From positions 217,558,001 to 217,622,000 of the forward strand of contig OX597814.1 of assembly GCA_951406725.2 (NCBI GenBank): 64,000 bases of DNA, given 5' to 3'. Below, in pieces: positions 1-64,000 of this stretch (position 1 is its first letter; every line of letters starts with the position of its first letter). The notes below the pieces were generated by a model. It ran no database searches. It had not been told where the DNA came from and saw nothing but the letters and a program-made list of their open reading frames with translations. The stretch is from Octopus vulgaris (lineage: Eukaryota). The translations under genes and the position numbers were made by a program.

Positions 1-214
1 AAGAAAGACTGAATCCAGTTTCTTCTGAAAATTTTGGAATCAATTCATCAAAGATTTGATCACAAATGCTTGACTTGCTGTACTACTGAGATTGAAACAT
101 CTAATCCAAAGTCCACAGCATTGTTATGCTTATTGCATCTGATATAATTTTTAAGAACAGGTAGAACATAATATACAAATATAGAAAGTTCAACTGTTTT
201 ATTAAAACCTAGAT

Positions 215-346
215 CAGGGGTCCACAAACTATATTCAAATTTCATATATACATACATACACAAGGATAAGCAAATTAAAAGGGACCATTTGAAAACTTAT
301 TTGAACAAAAATGTTGGAAACCACTGTGAAAAGGTTGGAACCACTA
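215..346. mobile_element. hAT-type MITE (internally deleted)
   Basis: Perfect 8-bp TSD ACCTAGAT (207-214 and 347-354); CAGGGGT...AACCACTA ends; shares sequence with 38482-38686. Confidence 0.7.
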
Positions 347-401
347 ACCTAGATAATAATGAAAATAAATGGGAACGGAAGCAGTGTACAGCTTTAAAAT
401 A

Positions 402-2535
402 TTGGGTTGGTAACTAAGTTCCCACCATTTTTTAAATTTTGGAGTCTATGAATCTATTTTGTTTTTTTCTAGTTAATTTTTGTTTACTTTCAGATAATTA
501 AAATGGAATGTGAAGTTAAGAAAAATAAGCATTTTCGACACCTGTTTTGCTTTTAACCCTTTCATTACTACATTTCTGACCAAAATACACCCCATATGTG
601 TTTCAATTAATTTCTATCATAATCATAAATTTAGTCTGGTTTCATTTAACAACTATAACTTTTTTATTTATTAATGTGATTTTTGGAAGATAATTTAATG
701 AAAGGTTCTCAACCAATTCTATACCATAATTTTTGTCACAAAGTGACTCTAATTGCAGGTAGATACAGATACAGGTAAATTCAACAATATAAAATTATAA
801 AATTTTTGTTCAAACATCGCTATAGAAAATGGGTTATTAGCTAATATTCAATTGGGTATACAACAAAATTTTACTATAGAATTTGTTATTCTGAGTAGCT
901 TTCTGATACCCATAATAATATTTATGGCAAAATAGTCTTAATTTCATTTAAGGTTGTGGCAAACAACAAACTATCATTTCTTTCGCTTTGTTTACATTTA
1001 GCGTAACGGTTCGTTTCTGCCGTAATGATTTCAAATCAGCTCATTCAAAAAAGTAAACAGAAATAGTCTAAGGCTTTACTCTCCCGGGAAAAACTGTGGC
1101 TTGGTCCAGTTTCTTCAGAAAAATCACTGAAAGAAACAGTTTTTAAATTTTCACTCCATTCAGGTGCCAATTCATTTTCTTTATTGCTGTCGGAGCTCTC
1201 GGATTCACTATTTCATTTTCGGAAAATGAAACATCGGATTCATTATCAAATACCACGTGCTTTTTTTTTTTTCAGTCATAGAGTTAGATTTATCAAGGTC
1301 TTCAGTAGAAAATCCTTCGAATTCTGACTCGCTGCTTGATATAATGAAATTCCTATCCATTTTTTGTCAGAGTTACAAATTTTGAAAACACAATAGGAAC
1401 AAATTTCGGAAAAAAATCTCCCAAAATTCAGGGAATTAAAATTACACTTCGATCGTTGTACAAAACTGTAGATGAACTGTTTACGAAGTATAATCACGTG
1501 TTTTCATGAATGTACTAAAGAGATTTGCTCTGATATTCTCATTTAAATATGAATAGGTAATTACGGGCGGCTTGGTCACATGAACCAAAATTTTTTTCGG
1601 GCAGCTTAGTAACAAAAGTGTTAATCAAGGTTCTAAGGCTGCAAAAGCTGCTCACGACATTTGTGCTGTGTATGGAGTGCCATAGCTGAAAGAACTACTC
1701 ATGATTGGTATGCCACATTCAAAAATGAAAATTTTGACCTCAAAGACACACCTTGTTCTGGCCGTCCAGTTGAGTTCGATGAAGAGCGATTAAATCAACT
1801 TTTGCACGAAAATTCTCTAACGACAAGGGAACTGGCAGAGAAAAATGGAATGCTCCCACACTACTATAGAGAAGCATCTTCACTTGATGGGAAAGGTTCA
1901 GAAGTATGGAGCATGGGTTCTTTAAGTGACAACAAAAATCAACAAGCCACAATCTCTGCTGATTTGCTTGCTCGTCACCACTCAACTCATAGACACAAGC
2001 AACAGTTTCTTTACCAAATTGTTACTGGCAAAGAAAAACGGTGCCAGTACATCAATATGAAGTAACAGAAGGAATGGCTTAGCCTCGGTAAACAAGCAAC
2101 ACCACACATGAAACAAGATCATCTGCGTAAAACAATATTGTCCATATGGTGGGACTGGGAAAGGATTATCCATTACGAATTGCTTGAACAGAACCAAACG
2201 ATCAATGCAGAACTGTGTTCAACAGATAGAACAACTCAACATGGCTATTCAAGAGAAAAGACTTAATCGGCAGCATGGAGTTCTGCTGCTGCACAGCAAC
2301 GCCCGTCCTCATATCGCCAATTGGAGTTTCATTCAATACTGATGCAGAATTGAGAGCTTGGTTGGATCAATTTTTCGAGTCGAAATCTGGTGATTTCTAC
2401 CAATGAGGTATTCAAAATTTCATTGAACGTTGGGAAGAAGTTGTAAACAACAAGAGTGAATACATTGATTAATTAGTTGTAATTTTTATAAAACCTTTTA
2501 AAAAAAAAACGACAGGAACTTAGTTGCCAACCCAA
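402..2535 (+). mobile_element. Degenerate mariner transposon (mellifera-subfamily-like), interrupted by a MITE
   Basis: TIR TTGGGTTGGYAACTAAGTTCC at both ends, TA TSD; transposase remnants MECEVKKNKHFRH (503), WYATFKNENFDLKDTPCSGRP, IVTG..K, HSNARPH; frameshifts and stops. Confidence 0.92.
557..1620. mobile_element. Non-autonomous TTAA (piggyBac-like) element, family A, nested in mariner
   Basis: TTAA at 553-556 and 1621-1624; imperfect TIR CCCTTTCATTACTA / TAGTAACAAAAGTG. Confidence 0.85.
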
Positions 2536-2742
2536 TATATTCAAAGTGCTATAAACCTTTGAACATAAGATATGTTCTTAATGAAATTAGGACAAATTTT
2601 TCCATCATTTGCTATTTACTTGACATCACCTGTCATCATAACAGGCTATTCTAATTTTCAAGAAGTATACTTTAATAATTATTGGCCACAATCAGGTGGG
2701 GAAAATAAGAGCAAGGTGTTATAAGAGAAAGAAAGTAAGTAC

Positions 2743-62580
<59,838 letters not shown>

Positions 62581-64000
62581 CTAGACAAGAAATAAATATA
62601 TCATATAAACACGTTAAAATGGGACTTTGTAATAGATACTCAATATTAACTTTTATAGACAAGATGAATTAACAAAATTTCTTAACCTCACCTTTTTTTT
62701 TTTTTTTTTTTACATGATGCCATACTTTAGAAAGGTTTACTACTTCAACAATAATCTTAATCCACATATTCTCACCTTACATCTGCGACATTCATTAAAA
62801 ATTCAATCAGAATCACTTCCCATAACTCAGTTTGTCACCCATGTTGAAATCAGTCAAAAGACATCTCTTAGGCAACAAGTCTAATTTTTTATCATTGTTT
62901 CAGAAATTTTATGCTGGTTTATATATTCACAGTCAAGTTACCAGACAGGCCACAGTACCACTTATGCTCATCATTTGCCATGACTATAAAATATCAAGTC
63001 CCAAAGCAAGTCTATCTAAACATTGGCAAAGTTTGTGACTTGTGTAACTAGTTTCTTGGTTTTCAGGTTGTTCTTCAGAAGGCTTATATGATACAACCAT
63101 ACTTCCAGCTCTCAAGACTGGTTCTTTGAAAAATTCAGAAACAAGAATCGGGTTTTGTTATACAAGATTTCCCACAAACAACTTCAACAAAACCATTTAA
63201 CACTCGCTCAAATTTTATAACTATCAAACAGGATTTTTAAATAACATGATTAAATGGATTTCATAGAACAAAAATATTTGAATTTTGTTTAAATACTGTC
63301 ATATAAAAAGTTATAAGCCAATATTCAACTGTGATAAATAATTGAAAGAATTTAAAAGAATTGTTCATATTGGATTTTCAACCAAAGTGAAACATACACA
63401 TATAAAGTAGTTCGATATATTGCCATTTATTAAAATACAAGACTACTTCAAAATTAATTCTAATATATACCATAGTGGTTTTACTAACATAATTGAGCAT
63501 AATCTGTCAACTTAATTTTTAAAGAAAAGTATTTATAAAGTGAATTATATAACTTGTTATATAAAGCAAAAAGCTATGTATTAAAATAAACCTTTGATGT
63601 AGCTTGAATTTGAATAAAATCAACTTAAAAAGTAGACAATGACCAAGTCATGAGGATGACTGATTGGGTTTTAATTTCTTCCAAAAATTTTGGGGGAAAT
63701 AATTTTCCATTACATTTTGTTTCCAAAAATGAGTTCATCACTCACACTGTCACTCCAGTTTCTTTTTATATTATCAGAAATTGAAAACTTTTGGTTTCTT
63801 GTCTATCCAAGTTGTTAAACCAATTGTTTTTTTTTTTTTTTGCTTTTCCATTTGCCATATTCAAAATTCAAATTCAGAGTACCTTTTACTAAATTCAAAA
63901 TTAATTTTTTAAGAAGGAAGCCAAAAAATTCCAACATCACATAATTCACACTATAATACTAGTGGTGTACAAATGTTAACCTAGTGAAATCATTAATAAT

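Overview
AT-rich eukaryotic (animal) genomic DNA. The SINE/RTE repeat content resembles coleoid cephalopod (Octopus-like) families; this is an inference from recalled repeat sequences. The whole window lies inside one large minus-strand, intron-rich gene, a PRRC2/BAT2-family homolog. I traced 30 GT-AG exons from 62580 down to 2743 with fully consistent phases: 9499 coding nt, about 3166 aa, with both gene ends outside the window. Family motifs include LKEFD..DGGWAGAQGEIDYSEKLVFSDDEE, NSSDFANEEWETASESSD, DINNYAGVVVIDDQPEV, LKIASVKNVWEKMP and NVCKVKPQQ. The standout is a 2947-nt exon (53401-56347) encoding about 980 aa of alternating-charge (R/D/E) tandem repeats, built from 7-, 14- and 13-aa units such as EPRDIREPRDVRA, just after the conserved N-proximal motif. 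The introns hold a mellifera-type mariner with a TTAA (piggyBac-like) MITE nested in its transposase, two TTAA-MITE families, piggyBac transposase relics, a PHD-finger-bearing RTE-like LINE, tRNA-SINEs, hAT MITEs, Helitron-like elements, a duplicated dead fragment of a host exon, and several candidate poison or alternative exons.
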